In this document: in pieces, positions 54,793-64,000 of the stretch
How positions within the stretch are numbered: position 1 is the stretch's first letter
Layout of the letters: every line of letters starts with the position of its first letter
Source of the DNA: a virus
Lineage: Duplodnaviria; Caudoviricetes
DNA: 64,000 nucleotides
IMG/VR virus record: IMGVR_UViG_3300032321_001270
Span: 32,001 to 96,000 of that record
Strand: one strand, 5' to 3'
Made by a program: the position numbers and the translations under genes
Notes under the pieces: generated by a model
What the model was told of the DNA's origin: nothing
The model's database searches: none
What the model saw: the letters and a program-made list of their open reading frames with translations, nothing else

Positions 54793-56751
54793 TTAGTATG
54801 CGCCGCCGTCCAGAACAGACGATGTGTATAAAACAGTGCCGCCGGCACCAAGCGCAATTGCTGCGCCATCGGCCCCGCTAAACGCAAGCGTGTTGTTCGC
54901 GGTAAGTGTTTTACCGTTTACAATCGTGAGCGTTGCGCTCGTAGCCGGTTGTGTGAGCGTGACTTTGTTGATAGACGTCGCCGTAGCGGCGCCAATTGTT
55001 ACGATGCTCGTGGATCCCGCAGCTGGGGCAGCGCCCACACTGGCCGCGGTCAGGGTCACAGCCCCTGTTTGTCCGTTTACGCTGCTTATGATATTTGAAG
55101 CCGGACTTCCCGCAGCGCCAGTCGCGCCTTGAGGGCCGGTAGCTCCTGTTGCACCGTCGCTGCCGGCGGGTCCAGCAAAACCGCCCGGTCCGGTTGCTCC
55201 GCTCACGCCAACCGGACCTGTGGCGCCCGTAACTCCAACAGGACCAGTAGCGCCAACAGGGCCAGAAGCACCAGTCACACCAGTGGCGCCTGTAGAACCG
55301 GAAGTTCCATTTGTACCCGCCGGGCCAGTTGCGCCAACAGGGCCAGAAGCACCAGTCACACCAGTGGCGCCAGTAACGCCCTGTGCGCCGCTGATACCAG
55401 TAGCACCCTGTATGCCTGTCGCGCCTGTGACACCAACAGGCCCAGTAGCGCCAGTAATACCGATTGAACCAGTAGCACCGGTTGAGCCTTGTATGCCTGT
55501 CGCGCCTGTGACACCAACAGGCCCAGTAGCGCCGGTAATACCGATCGCGCCGGTTGCACCTGTTACGCCGGTGATTCCACGTAAACCAGTAGCACCAGTG
55601 ATACCGCTCGCGCCCTGCGGGCCACGAATAGGCCCGACGTTTACCCACGCGGTGCCTGTCCACACAACACCGTCGCCAGACAAGCCATCGGGCGCGCCGG
55701 CTGGAATTGGCGTACTTAGTAGCCACATGTCGCCGATAGACGGGCTGAGCGATGGCGGCCAAGAATAAACAGTGCCTTTGATAGTTACGCCGGACCCTGC
55801 GTCACCTTTAGGGCCGGTTGGACCAGTGATACCTGTTGCGCCCTGAATGCCGGTAGAACCAACTACGCCGGTCGCGCCGGTTACGCCGACAGGACCGGTT
55901 GCGCCGGTGATGCCGCGTACGCCAGTCGCGCCTGTAATGCCATCCAAACCAGTAGCGCCAGTTGGGCCGTCGGCGCCTGTAGGGCCGGTTACGCCAGCCG
56001 CGCCCGTCGCCCCCGTTACGCCCCTTAAACCTGTTGGACCAGCTATACCGGTTGCGCCAGAAATACCAATTGGGCCGGATGGGCCTGTCGGTCCGGTCGG
56101 TCCGTTGACGCCGGCAGAACCAGCCGGGCCTGTCGCGCCTGTTACACCAATAGAGCCGGCAGCGCCACTAACACCAGTAGCACCCTGTATACCTGTGGCC
56201 CCGGTTATACCTATTGCGCCGGTAGGACCGGCAATACCGGTCGCGCCCGTCGTACCGACACCAGTAGCGCCGGTTACACCAGTCAAACCGCGTAAACCCG
56301 TTGCACCAATTACTCCGGTGGCGCCAGTCGCGCCCGTAGTGCCCGCGGCGCCAGTGGGACCATTAATGCCGGCCTCGCCAGCGGGGCCTGTCGCACCAGT
56401 GGCGCCGACAACGCCTGTCGCACCCAGCGGACCAGCGACACCTTGATAGCCGGTCGCACCGAGCAAACCAGACTGACCAGCCGGCCCCTGCGGACCAGTT
56501 GCGCCGGTGGGACCAACCACGCCAGTAGCGCCGGTTACGCCTGTCGCGCCGCGCAATCCTGTTGCACCGGTTGCGCCGGAGGCGCCGTCAACGCCAGTGG
56601 GACCACTTACGCCAAGAAGCGCACCAACAGTAGTGCGCTTTGTAACAAGGTTATTTGGATTCTGCGTATCAACGATCGGGATAATGTCGTTGAGCGCCGG
56701 TGTCTGCTTTTCAGGCAACGACGAGATTTTTTTATTTGCCATAGCGCGCAC
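54793..56751 (-). CDS. Collagen-like fibre protein
   Basis: Gly-X-Thr repeats; KKISSLP N-terminus; WTGTAW knot; [11 protein letters not shown] motif. Confidence 0.9.
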   Translation of the reverse strand: MRAMANKKISSLPEKQTPALNDIIPIVDTQNPNNLVTKRTTVGALLGVSGPTGVDGASGATGATGLRGATGVTGATGVVGPTGATGPQGPAGQSGLLGATGYQGVAGPLGATGVVGATGATGPAGEAGINGPTGAAGTTGATGATGVIGATGLRGLTGVTGATGVGTTGATGIAGPTGAIGITGATGIQGATGVSGAAGSIGVTGATGPAGSAGVNGPTGPTGPSGPIGISGATGIAGPTGLRGVTGATGAAGVTGPTGADGPTGATGLDGITGATGVRGITGATGPVGVTGATGVVGSTGIQGATGITGPTGPKGDAGSGVTIKGTVYSWPPSLSPSIGDMWLLSTPIPAGAPDGLSGDGVVWTGTAWVNVGPIRGPQGASGITGATGLRGITGVTGATGAIGITGATGPVGVTGATGIQGSTGATGSIGITGATGPVGVTGATGIQGATGISGAQGVTGATGVTGASGPVGATGPAGTNGTSGSTGATGVTGASGPVGATGPVGVTGATGPVGVSGATGPGGFAGPAGSDGATGATGPQGATGAAGSPASNIISSVNGQTGAVTLTAASVGAAPAAGSTSIVTIGAATATSINKVTLTQPATSATLTIVNGKTLTANNTLAFSGADGAAIALGAGGTVLYTSSVLDGGAY

Positions 56752-56756
56752 CTATT

Positions 56757-57053
56757 TTAATACGAGTCTTCTTCTTCCTCGCGTGGGCGGTGCTTGCGCT
56801 TCTTGTCAGATTTGACGCCCTCAAGGTCGTCCGCCGCGCGCACCAGCCATTTGGCTAATTTTCGGGCATCGGCGGGAGAGAGCAGGGGTAATTGCGGGCC
56901 ATAAACATCGATAACAATTCCTGCTTCGGTGTGGTTGCCGGCATCCCAATCCCCTGATTGCAAGCTTACCGTCGGAGATTCGTCTGGCGATTTAGCCGTG
57001 TTCACGTTCTTAAATTCTATGTGATCCGGCTTGTTAACAACAACTGTGGCCAC
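56757..57053 (-). CDS. Hypothetical protein
   Basis: GGAGG upstream; ORF within the operon. Confidence 0.6.
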   Translation of the reverse strand: MATVVVNKPDHIEFKNVNTAKSPDESPTVSLQSGDWDAGNHTEAGIVIDVYGPQLPLLSPADARKLAKWLVRAADDLEGVKSDKKRKHRPREEEEDSY

Positions 57054-57058
57054 GGAAA

Positions 57059-57331
57059 TTATTCCTCCTGTAAATCATCAACAATCACAGGCGTCATATC
57101 TCCCGCCCGTAATACCACAAATTTGCCGCCGTAATACTCGTCCGCATCTTCGCGGGAAAGACCGTCGGCTAAAAGTTTGGAATAAATTTTGGCCTTACTG
57201 TAGACCGCGATAGGCCCGGAGTCGGAAATGTATCCGACGCCTATAAGCGCGCTATTCATATTGTCAAATAACACGGCTTCGGGATTTAGGTCCGAAAGCT
57301 CTGCCACAATTCGCTGTGTGTGTGTATGCAT
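57059..57331 (-). CDS. Conserved phage hypothetical protein
   Basis: FDNMNSALIG..VYSKAKI..DGLSREDADEY..TPVIV. Confidence 0.65.
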   Translation of the reverse strand: MHTHTQRIVAELSDLNPEAVLFDNMNSALIGVGYISDSGPIAVYSKAKIYSKLLADGLSREDADEYYGGKFVVLRAGDMTPVIVDDLQEE

Positions 57332-57844
57332 TTAATTGATTCCGTTTTGAACGTCTTCCAGAAATAAGATAGCAATATCGCTGGCGCGGCGATAGCCCTC
57401 GCGAACACCGCGCTGATATTCAGGATCTCCGGGCGGCGTATTTTTGTCAGTCATATCGGCAATTGTTGCAAGTGCCGCTATAAACTTGTTGCGTAATTCG
57501 CGGTATTCCGGCGAATTAAATACAACACCGCGTTCCACAGACTTTGTTGGAGCGCATATGTCGGATGCGACTATAACCTCCATACCCATACGCTGTAGAG
57601 TTTTGGTTGCATGCGTTAAAGAATCAAAATCGACAAAAGCCTGTGGTGTCCGGGGCACATACCGCTGCGCTAGTTGGTGCAACAGCCGACAAATATTCAA
57701 AAGTTCAAGAAACCGCCCGTGAATGCTAGCGTCTTTTGCCCGCAGTTTTTCTGCTTTAATTTTGGCTGCGTTCTTTGTCAGGCGTACAAACTTTTCTCGT
57801 TCGGCTTTTTTCTGCAAAACTTCCGGCGCGATAATAAGCTGCAT
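57332..57844 (-). CDS. Hypothetical protein
   Basis: ORF abutting the next gene. Confidence 0.6.
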   Translation of the reverse strand: MQLIIAPEVLQKKAEREKFVRLTKNAAKIKAEKLRAKDASIHGRFLELLNICRLLHQLAQRYVPRTPQAFVDFDSLTHATKTLQRMGMEVIVASDICAPTKSVERGVVFNSPEYRELRNKFIAALATIADMTDKNTPPGDPEYQRGVREGYRRASDIAILFLEDVQNGIN

Positions 57845-57862
57845 GTGATTCCTTTTACCTAA

Positions 57863-58486
57863 TTAACGTACAACAGTCGAACCCCGGTAAGCGTCCGAGA
57901 ACAGACGATACACATAAGCGTGCGTTTCTTCCACATCACGATCGGCATTGATGTGGTGAACAATTCCGGTGTGCGGACTATTTGCCGCGTGTGTTTGATA
58001 GGCTGCGCGCATTCTGTTTTGATCTTCAACACAGCGCCGCTCGTAACGGTCGCTAGGTCCGCGAGGACGCCGTGATCGCGAAACCACCGGATCAATGTCC
58101 ATTAAAAAACAAACGTCGGGACAAACGCACGATGTTGCGCAAAAAATGTTTGTGATCAAATCGAGGGCGATATTGTTTATTTCCCCCTGATACACGAGTG
58201 TCGACAAAAGCCACCTATCACAAATAATAACAACACCGGCCCGCATCTGCTCTTCAATATGCGCGGATAATTCGGCACGAGCCGCAGAGAAAAGAAGCAT
58301 CTGTGCCGCGGGAGATATCGGATCGTCGTTGTGCAGAAGGATTTGCCTGATAGCCGTTCCGATTTTCGTCGTGCCGGGATCTGCAACAAGTTCAGCGGGC
58401 ACGTTTTCTTTTGTTAACCGCTGATACAGCATGCGCGCCTGCGTCGTTTTGCCGGCGCCGTCAATACCCTCAAAGCAAACAAACAC
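57863..58486 (-). CDS. tmk: Thymidylate kinase
   Basis: FEGIDGAGKTT, DPG, LLFSAARA, CDRWLLSTLVYQ. Confidence 0.95.
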   Translation of the reverse strand: MFVCFEGIDGAGKTTQARMLYQRLTKENVPAELVADPGTTKIGTAIRQILLHNDDPISPAAQMLLFSAARAELSAHIEEQMRAGVVIICDRWLLSTLVYQGEINNIALDLITNIFCATSCVCPDVCFLMDIDPVVSRSRRPRGPSDRYERRCVEDQNRMRAAYQTHAANSPHTGIVHHINADRDVEETHAYVYRLFSDAYRGSTVVR

Positions 58487-58503
58487 AAAAAGCCTTTCTT
58501 AAA

Positions 58504-58818
58504 TTAGCGCCCCGTAATTTGAAAGCTTTGCGAATCGCCGGCGATTGGCTTAGAAATTTTGATTTGATTACCGGTAATACCCACTTCACCCGGAACAGGA
58601 ATTACCAGCTCTTCGGCCGGCTCGAACAGCAGTAGTTCTTTTCCATCCGCAAATCTCAGCGAAATTCCGTTGATCGTGTGTCCAATGCCGACAACGCCTG
58701 TGGACGCAAGCCATGTCGCCGCGTAGTCGCAAAACACACGGAGCTGCCCCGCGTCTAGAGCCGGGTTGTTGGCCGTGAAATCGTCAAGAATCTTGTTCAA
58801 CACTTCGCTTGCGGGCAT
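58504..58818 (-). CDS. Hypothetical protein
   Basis: Likely start MPASE at 58818 (longer ORF overlaps the HD gene). Confidence 0.5.
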   Translation of the reverse strand: MPASEVLNKILDDFTANNPALDAGQLRVFCDYAATWLASTGVVGIGHTINGISLRFADGKELLLFEPAEELVIPVPGEVGITGNQIKISKPIAGDSQSFQITGR

Positions 58819-59593
58819 AGCGACCTTCCTTTTTCTTTTTGGTGGAAGCTGTTTTTGCTTTTTCAGCGGCTGCGGCTCTGGCGCGTATACCGGTTGTATG
58901 TTGCGCCACAATTTTGTCAAGTTTTGCTTTATGCTTGCACGCTTTAATCGTCTGGCTTATGTCATTGAGCATGTTGCGAGCAGCGTGAACGTACATACGC
59001 AGAACGTAATACCGACTCGCTGCCTGAATGGCTAGAAGATCGCCGTCAAGCTGTGTGAGAAGCTTTTTGGCTTTTGGCGTTGCTTGAATACCGGCCTTGG
59101 CAAGTGCATTTAAGATATCTTTAGCTGTACAGATGATGTCAGCCACCACAATAATTTGCGAGCCGATAGGGCTTTGACTTAAGCGGCCGCGAAACTCCAT
59201 GTCGCGCTTAGTTTCTACCAGCCGAAAGTCGCGGCTAATGTCGGCAACCATTGCGGCGACCTGTACCGTTGATATCTCAGCAATATTTTCAAACGCACAC
59301 GAACTAACGTTGATAACGTCGTGAAGTAGCGCGCCGTGAACAATGGCCGCAATACTTTCCTTCGTGTCGTCCGGCATAAAATCGACGCGCACATCTTGAT
59401 ATAGTTTTTGCGCGATGACCTCCGCTTGCTGCGCTACAAGCTTGCAGTGATCAAGCAAATTTATGCCGATGCTAGTGCTACGCCCTACATAATGCGTCGC
59501 CGCAAATTCTAGTGTTTTTTGAATCGGTGATCCTTCCGGCTTTTTCATGGCATCTCCATATGCCCTTAAACTAGTCTCAGTATTGTCCGCCAC
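58784..59593 (-). CDS. HD-domain protein, RelA/SpoT hydrolase (Mesh1)-like, degenerate
   Basis: FAATHY...LLDH...GALLHDVIN...VVADI; lacks the HDxxED acidic pair. Confidence 0.65.
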   Translation of the reverse strand: MADNTETSLRAYGDAMKKPEGSPIQKTLEFAATHYVGRSTSIGINLLDHCKLVAQQAEVIAQKLYQDVRVDFMPDDTKESIAAIVHGALLHDVINVSSCAFENIAEISTVQVAAMVADISRDFRLVETKRDMEFRGRLSQSPIGSQIIVVADIICTAKDILNALAKAGIQATPKAKKLLTQLDGDLLAIQAASRYYVLRMYVHAARNMLNDISQTIKACKHKAKLDKIVAQHTTGIRARAAAAEKAKTASTKKKKEGRYARKRSVEQDS

Positions 59594-60651
59594 CCCAATT
59601 CAAATGATTTACTACGTGTAGACAAGTTGTAATTCACTCGTTTGTTGAGGTTGTCGATGTGGCCGGGCTCAGCAATCATCGTTTGCAGTACAGTCACCAA
59701 TTTTTCATAGTCTGGCGCGGCGTGTGGGACGCCGTTATCGTCATAATCAACGCGTGTTTTTACAAGCACGCCATTTGCGTCTTGATACACGAAATCGATT
59801 TGTGGGGATAGAGCAAAAGACAAGACTGGCGTGCCGCAGCTAATCGATGTGAGGCTGCATAACCCGTAGTTGTCGCACTCTGCCGGAAATAACGTCAGAT
59901 CGTGCGCCGTGTACATCGCCGGGCGTTTAGATAACTGAACGTTGCGCACAAGTTTGACCCGCCCGTGTGTTTTGCGCCCAAGCGTTTGAAAAAACTTGGC
60001 AATAGACGGCGCAAACCGGCTAGACGTAATAGCCACGGTCAGCTGCGCGTCCGGCATTCGCTCAAGCAAGTAACCGAGCAAACCCAAAAACTGGCTGTGG
60101 GCGCAGCGGGCATTCCGGTCAAACCACGGCAAAAATATCTTTATCTGCCGGCTGTTGATTGCTTTCGTTTTTTTAATTGCCGGCAAACCGACGTCAAATG
60201 GGATAAACGTGACATTTTTCAGTTTGTATATTTTGGCAAACAACTCGCGCGCTTCGGCGTTCATGGCAATTACGTGATCCGCCCTGTTCATAACTTTTTT
60301 GAACGGGCGCTCAAGTTCTTGCCACATCGGCACAATAATCGTCCGAACGCCGACGCGCTTGGTGTAGTTAAGCGTGTCTAGTTTGGGAGGGTGCGTCCAG
60401 ATAATGATTTGGCAAGTTTTTGCCCATTGCGTAAATGAGCATTTCTTTTTGTGCACCACGCTACGGTCGTATTCTGTTTTCAACTTGGCCGGCTGTGTGT
60501 TTGAATACAGCGTGCAGTCAGCGCCCTGAGTGCGTAAAAACCCAGCAAGACGCAGCGCAAAATACGCTTCGTCGCAGTGCGCATAATGTGTATAGATGCC
60601 GATACGCATACTACTGAGCAGGCGGAGCCCCTTGCGGTTGTCCTTGCCCAA
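59566..60651 (-). CDS. GT-B fold glycosyltransferase-like protein (start probably 60609)
   Basis: HDLTLFPAECDNYGLCSLTSISCGTPV resembles the GT4 C-terminal motif. Confidence 0.65.
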   Translation of the reverse strand: MGKDNRKGLRLLSSMRIGIYTHYAHCDEAYFALRLAGFLRTQGADCTLYSNTQPAKLKTEYDRSVVHKKKCSFTQWAKTCQIIIWTHPPKLDTLNYTKRVGVRTIIVPMWQELERPFKKVMNRADHVIAMNAEARELFAKIYKLKNVTFIPFDVGLPAIKKTKAINSRQIKIFLPWFDRNARCAHSQFLGLLGYLLERMPDAQLTVAITSSRFAPSIAKFFQTLGRKTHGRVKLVRNVQLSKRPAMYTAHDLTLFPAECDNYGLCSLTSISCGTPVLSFALSPQIDFVYQDANGVLVKTRVDYDDNGVPHAAPDYEKLVTVLQTMIAEPGHIDNLNKRVNYNLSTRSKSFELGWRTILRLV

Positions 60652-62542
60652 ATTGCTGCGCCATCATCATTGCGCCACCCTGAGACCGCGCCTGCTGACG
60701 AATATCGTCGATGATGCTCGTAACCAATGCGTGCATCGTGGCGTCAGAGCGCTTTAGCTTAATCAGTTCAGAATCCTTTACAGACTCGGGCATAGACAGC
60801 AACTGGTTGGCTATAAGCTGGGCCTGTTGCTGTAGGTCTTCGGGCGTTCGCGGCACATTTGGCGCGTTCTGTCGCTGCGATAAGAACTGGTCGACAGGAC
60901 TCGGCATCTGACCGGGGACGCCACCAGCGGGCGCGCCGCCCTGCGCCGGCGCCGGCATACCGGTGGCCCCAGCGCCGGTATTACCGACGCCCGCTGTCAT
61001 GTCCGGCGATTGACTCATGTCTTTCATTTGCTGCGCCTGCTGCATCTCAGCCTGCATGCGCTCTTGCTCTTCCGCGTAGATCTTTTCCTCTTCAAGCATC
61101 TGCTTGATTTCGTCTTTGTAATCAAGCCCGACACTGGCAAGCCCAGTGCTCTTGCTGATCTGTTGACCCTGCATAAGCTGCAACTTCGCCATCTGGCGAT
61201 TGAGGTCGTCAGCATGCGTGACACGGACAAGTTTCGCGTTAACCGGCTCCCACGACATGACTCGGGAAAGCGACGATGCAAGTTCGTTTAAGAACAAGTT
61301 CATGTTGTGCGGCAAATGGCTCCAGTTCGCCTCAAATAGGCGTAACGCTGCCGGGGCTGCTTGCAGCGTCAGCGTGCCGTTAAACAGTTCCACTGGCATG
61401 CCGATGCATTTCAGCAACGTTTCAAGACCCTGATCCAGTAACTCGCGCGGGGCAAGCTGCTGCGCGTCGCCGCCCAGCGCCTGATAATTGACCGGAAACG
61501 GCAAAACATTCCAGCGCGCCGGATCGGTGCGGCGTGCACGAATCATGGCATTAACGCGCGCTGTAAAGCTGGATAAATTAATCGTGTGCACCGGGTCGGA
61601 AGACTGCCCGTCACCGCCGCGTGGCGCCGGCGTAATCACGCGGAACGGGATAACATAATCCAGCGCTACTGCTTCGTTGTAACGCTGTAGAATCTGGTAG
61701 TACCAAGCCTGCCGGAAGTTTGCGAGGATGCGAGAAATACCCCAGCCGCGATTACGCATGCCGGCCAGCGCATCTTCGCGCAGATGAAAAACGACGCCCT
61801 TATCAAACATCAAATTCTTGCCATCTTTGATTGCCTGAATAACTTCCCAGCTCGCGCGCTCAAGATGGTGAAGATGACCTTGCTTGATAAGCGTCCGATA
61901 ATCTTCAGGGATCTTCCACACATACGAGCACTCGCCGGTATACGGATCCCACAGCAGATCAATCTCGTGCGGGCTCCAACGTTTAACCGAGATGTGCCCG
62001 GTGTCACCACTGCGGCGGTCGATGTGCTTCCACGGGCCGACATATTTGCAGTTCGGACACGTAGCGTGAAACTGAAAGTTCTGCCATGAAAACGCGCAAG
62101 CGTCAGAGTTGTGCACGCGGTCAAGCGGCATCTCAAGCGCGCACTTCGGGCAGAAGAGGTAGCGGCGAAACGGGATAATAAGGCTGGTAAAAGAATTGCC
62201 GTAGGTCATGTAATCCATGCCAACGGTTTTCAGCACGTTCTTAATACTGAGCGTTTCAGATAAAAACGTCTGATACTTTTCTTTCTCTTCCCGACCAGTC
62301 TTGTTTTCGCCGATGTCTTGAATTTCGACGTCTGTAATAAAGTACGAGACAACGCGGTCAATGGCCTGCCGGTAGGGGCCATTCGCGTTCATGATGTATT
62401 CAGACCAGCGCAGCGCCGTCTGGATGCTCTCGGGCATCGACAGGCTGGCTACGTCGCAAAACGGGTCGGGAAATCGCTCGTCGGCCTGAACGCCGCGGCC
62501 GAGCGAGTTGTACCCCATAGAAGCTGCAGGTAATAGCGTCAC
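60611..62542 (-). CDS. Putative portal protein with zinc-ribbon insertion
   Basis: Size; YMTYGNSFTSL, VFHLRE..GMRNRGWGIS portal-like clip pattern; Gln/Pro-rich tail; CPKC/CPNC. Confidence 0.5.
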   Translation of the reverse strand: MTLLPAASMGYNSLGRGVQADERFPDPFCDVASLSMPESIQTALRWSEYIMNANGPYRQAIDRVVSYFITDVEIQDIGENKTGREEKEKYQTFLSETLSIKNVLKTVGMDYMTYGNSFTSLIIPFRRYLFCPKCALEMPLDRVHNSDACAFSWQNFQFHATCPNCKYVGPWKHIDRRSGDTGHISVKRWSPHEIDLLWDPYTGECSYVWKIPEDYRTLIKQGHLHHLERASWEVIQAIKDGKNLMFDKGVVFHLREDALAGMRNRGWGISRILANFRQAWYYQILQRYNEAVALDYVIPFRVITPAPRGGDGQSSDPVHTINLSSFTARVNAMIRARRTDPARWNVLPFPVNYQALGGDAQQLAPRELLDQGLETLLKCIGMPVELFNGTLTLQAAPAALRLFEANWSHLPHNMNLFLNELASSLSRVMSWEPVNAKLVRVTHADDLNRQMAKLQLMQGQQISKSTGLASVGLDYKDEIKQMLEEEKIYAEEQERMQAEMQQAQQMKDMSQSPDMTAGVGNTGAGATGMPAPAQGGAPAGGVPGQMPSPVDQFLSQRQNAPNVPRTPEDLQQQAQLIANQLLSMPESVKDSELIKLKRSDATMHALVTSIIDDIRQQARSQGGAMMMAQQFGQGQPQGAPPAQ

Positions 62543-62556
62543 AATCGCCTCGTGCG

Positions 62557-62703
62557 TTATTTACTAGCGTGCTTGGATGCGTCGGCAGCGCGTTTACGGA
62601 AGTCGCTGTCGAGCTGCTGAATTTGAGCCTGCTTTTCCTGACTCTTAGAAACGGGCTCGTCAGGCGGCGTGACGCCAGCTTTGATAACAGCGCGCTTTTC
62701 CAT
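62557..62703 (-). CDS. 48-aa EKxA-motif protein
   Basis: MEKRAVIKAG...QEKQAQ; ATG two nt after the upstream stop. Confidence 0.55.
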   Translation of the reverse strand: MEKRAVIKAGVTPPDEPVSKSQEKQAQIQQLDSDFRKRAADASKHASK

Positions 62704-62704
62704 T

Positions 62705-63625
62705 TTATTCCTCGTCGTAATTTGCCCGCAGGGCCCGCTCAACAAGTAAAACGCAATACTCGCGGTTATCATAAACATACTGAAATCCGGTCGTATGGAC
62801 AAGGTACAAACGGCGGTCGTCGTTAATTTGAGCGGCCCAAGGACGCTGATACGGATCGTTTGACGGTGGGAACCAGCGGGCCGCATTTTGTTCAAAACGT
62901 AAGTCGTAAACAAGAACGATAAAACCGCTCTCCTCCGCGCTGTCTGGTTCTTTCTGCGCGACAGAAATAATGATGTCGTGAAAAAAAGCGGGGACGGTGC
63001 CAATACCTTCTTTCTCAAAATACACCAGTTTCTGCGGCGGGCCAGATTTTTGCGCCGGAGTAACTGGCGGCGGGGCCTGCGTAGCGGACTGCTTTTTTAA
63101 TCCGAACGCCGCCATCGGGCTGTAGTTCCTGTCTATTTTTTCAATCGGCGGTAACTGCGGCTGGATAGGCTGCGCGGCTTCAGCAGCTAGCTCGGCAATA
63201 ACCTGTTCTTCTTCGTATTCTTCAACAACTTGCGGCGGCGAGCGGAGGGCTGCTTTTTTAACCGGCACTCGCTGTACGCCGGTTTTTTCACCTTTTGCCA
63301 GTTCCTCAAATACCATGGCTGCACGCTCCCTTACGGAATTAATATCATTACCCGGAATCTGCGATCGTGCGACAGCCATGGCATTCTCAATTGCAGGGCC
63401 ATTCATTTGCGATAGTGTGAGGCCGCCGACGTTCGCGCCATTAGGATCAACAACGTTTATTTTGATTTTCGCCCGGTCGTGCGGATCGAAATTGATGGGG
63501 ATTCCGCCCGGTGTTGCAGGAGCTACCACGACGCCGCGCAAGCCCTTTACACCGCCGCGCATGACATCCAGCATGGACCGGCCGTTTTCCATGCGTTCCT
63601 GTGACGGATCTCTATAGCCGCTCAT
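62705..63625 (-). CDS. Hypothetical protein
   Basis: 306-aa ORF. Confidence 0.7.
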   Translation of the reverse strand: MSGYRDPSQERMENGRSMLDVMRGGVKGLRGVVVAPATPGGIPINFDPHDRAKIKINVVDPNGANVGGLTLSQMNGPAIENAMAVARSQIPGNDINSVRERAAMVFEELAKGEKTGVQRVPVKKAALRSPPQVVEEYEEEQVIAELAAEAAQPIQPQLPPIEKIDRNYSPMAAFGLKKQSATQAPPPVTPAQKSGPPQKLVYFEKEGIGTVPAFFHDIIISVAQKEPDSAEESGFIVLVYDLRFEQNAARWFPPSNDPYQRPWAAQINDDRRLYLVHTTGFQYVYDNREYCVLLVERALRANYDEE

Positions 63626-63648
63626 AAAAGCTCCAATAGCTAAAAAAA

Positions 63649-63685
63649 GGGGGCAACGAGCGGCCGAAGCCTACACGTTGCCCCC
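63649..63685 (-). terminator. Intrinsic terminator followed by the TAGCTA box
   Basis: gggggcaacg/cgttgccccc stem, then T7 and AGCTATT. Confidence 0.8.
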
Positions 63686-63958
63686 GAAAGATTCTGACGT
63701 CAAATCGGGGCATACTGGGTATAGCTGTTCTTTCGGAATTCGAAAATACAGCCGACCAAGCGGAACCCCACCACCGCAAACTAGCCTTACGTGCTCTTCT
63801 GTTGGCAATACTTCTGCGAGTATTCTGCCGGAGATGAGCTGCGCTACCACCAAACCGATATCACTGTCGTCTGGGAAGAACGGCAGTGTACTTGGGGTTG
63901 TGTCGATTTCTAACAACCACGACAACGCCGAGTTTTCAGGTTTGATGAAATAACGCAT
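63671..63958 (-). CDS. Hypothetical protein
   Basis: ORF ending inside the terminator stem. Confidence 0.6.
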   Translation of the reverse strand: MRYFIKPENSALSWLLEIDTTPSTLPFFPDDSDIGLVVAQLISGRILAEVLPTEEHVRLVCGGGVPLGRLYFRIPKEQLYPVCPDLTSESFGGNV

Positions 63959-64000
63959 GTCAGACTAGCGCGGCAGAGTTTGTTTCCGCGGGCGTATGAA

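Noticed and set aside
38634-56751. Collagen repeats as a CRISPR array or satellite
   Set aside because: They are 9-nt-period Gly-X-Y coding repeats with synonymous variation and no unique spacers. No CRISPR array or cas gene was seen in the window.
39022-56815. Plus-strand Pro/Val/Ala-rich ORFs (e.g. 40306-40869, 55220-55768, 55847-56446)
   Set aside because: Antisense shadows of the collagen genes.
1-64000. Alternative genetic code or stop-codon reassignment
   Set aside because: Long ORFs are intact in code 11, all three stops end genes at tight junctions, and there is no suppressor tRNA.
1-64000. Giant eukaryotic virus or cellular chromosome
   Set aside because: Despite the D6/D11-like helicase and collagens, the SD sites, intrinsic terminators, tmRNA, PhoH and fibre genes indicate a bacteriophage. 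There are no housekeeping operons.

Overview
This is a 64-kb segment of a large tailed bacteriophage genome in standard code 11. It has Shine-Dalgarno sites, intrinsic terminators, six tRNAs and a tmRNA, and all convincing genes but one lie on the minus strand. The host is probably a planctomycete, an inference from the DUF2294, CAP-like and secreted trypsin and thioredoxin genes. (1) 0.1-3.6 kb: dCMP deaminase, ferritin-like protein, methyltransferase and PhoH. (2) 3.6-20 kb: Gly/Ala-rich modular proteins sharing a recurrent 'FG...[ED]KxA' motif, plus AlkB, HNH, a D6/D11-like SF2 helicase, a trypsin-like protease and an Ntn hydrolase. (3) 15.8-33 kb: small accessory genes driven by a conserved bipartite promoter (AGCTAAATA-N17-ATAT, seven copies), hairpin-dense non-coding stretches, the tmRNA, and tRNAs that all have T34. 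(4) 33-57 kb: thymidine kinase, then a fibre/appendage block of LamG arrays, two collagen-like proteins and two arylsulfotransferase-like propellers on tail-fibre anchors. (5) 57-64 kb: thymidylate kinase, a degenerate HD protein, a glycosyltransferase and a putative portal. The best candidates for new biology are the KxA-delimited polyprotein-like family, the sulfotransferase-like fibres, the promoter/box cassette system, and a ~670-nt structured non-coding region. All domain calls come from motif recognition by eye; no database search was run.
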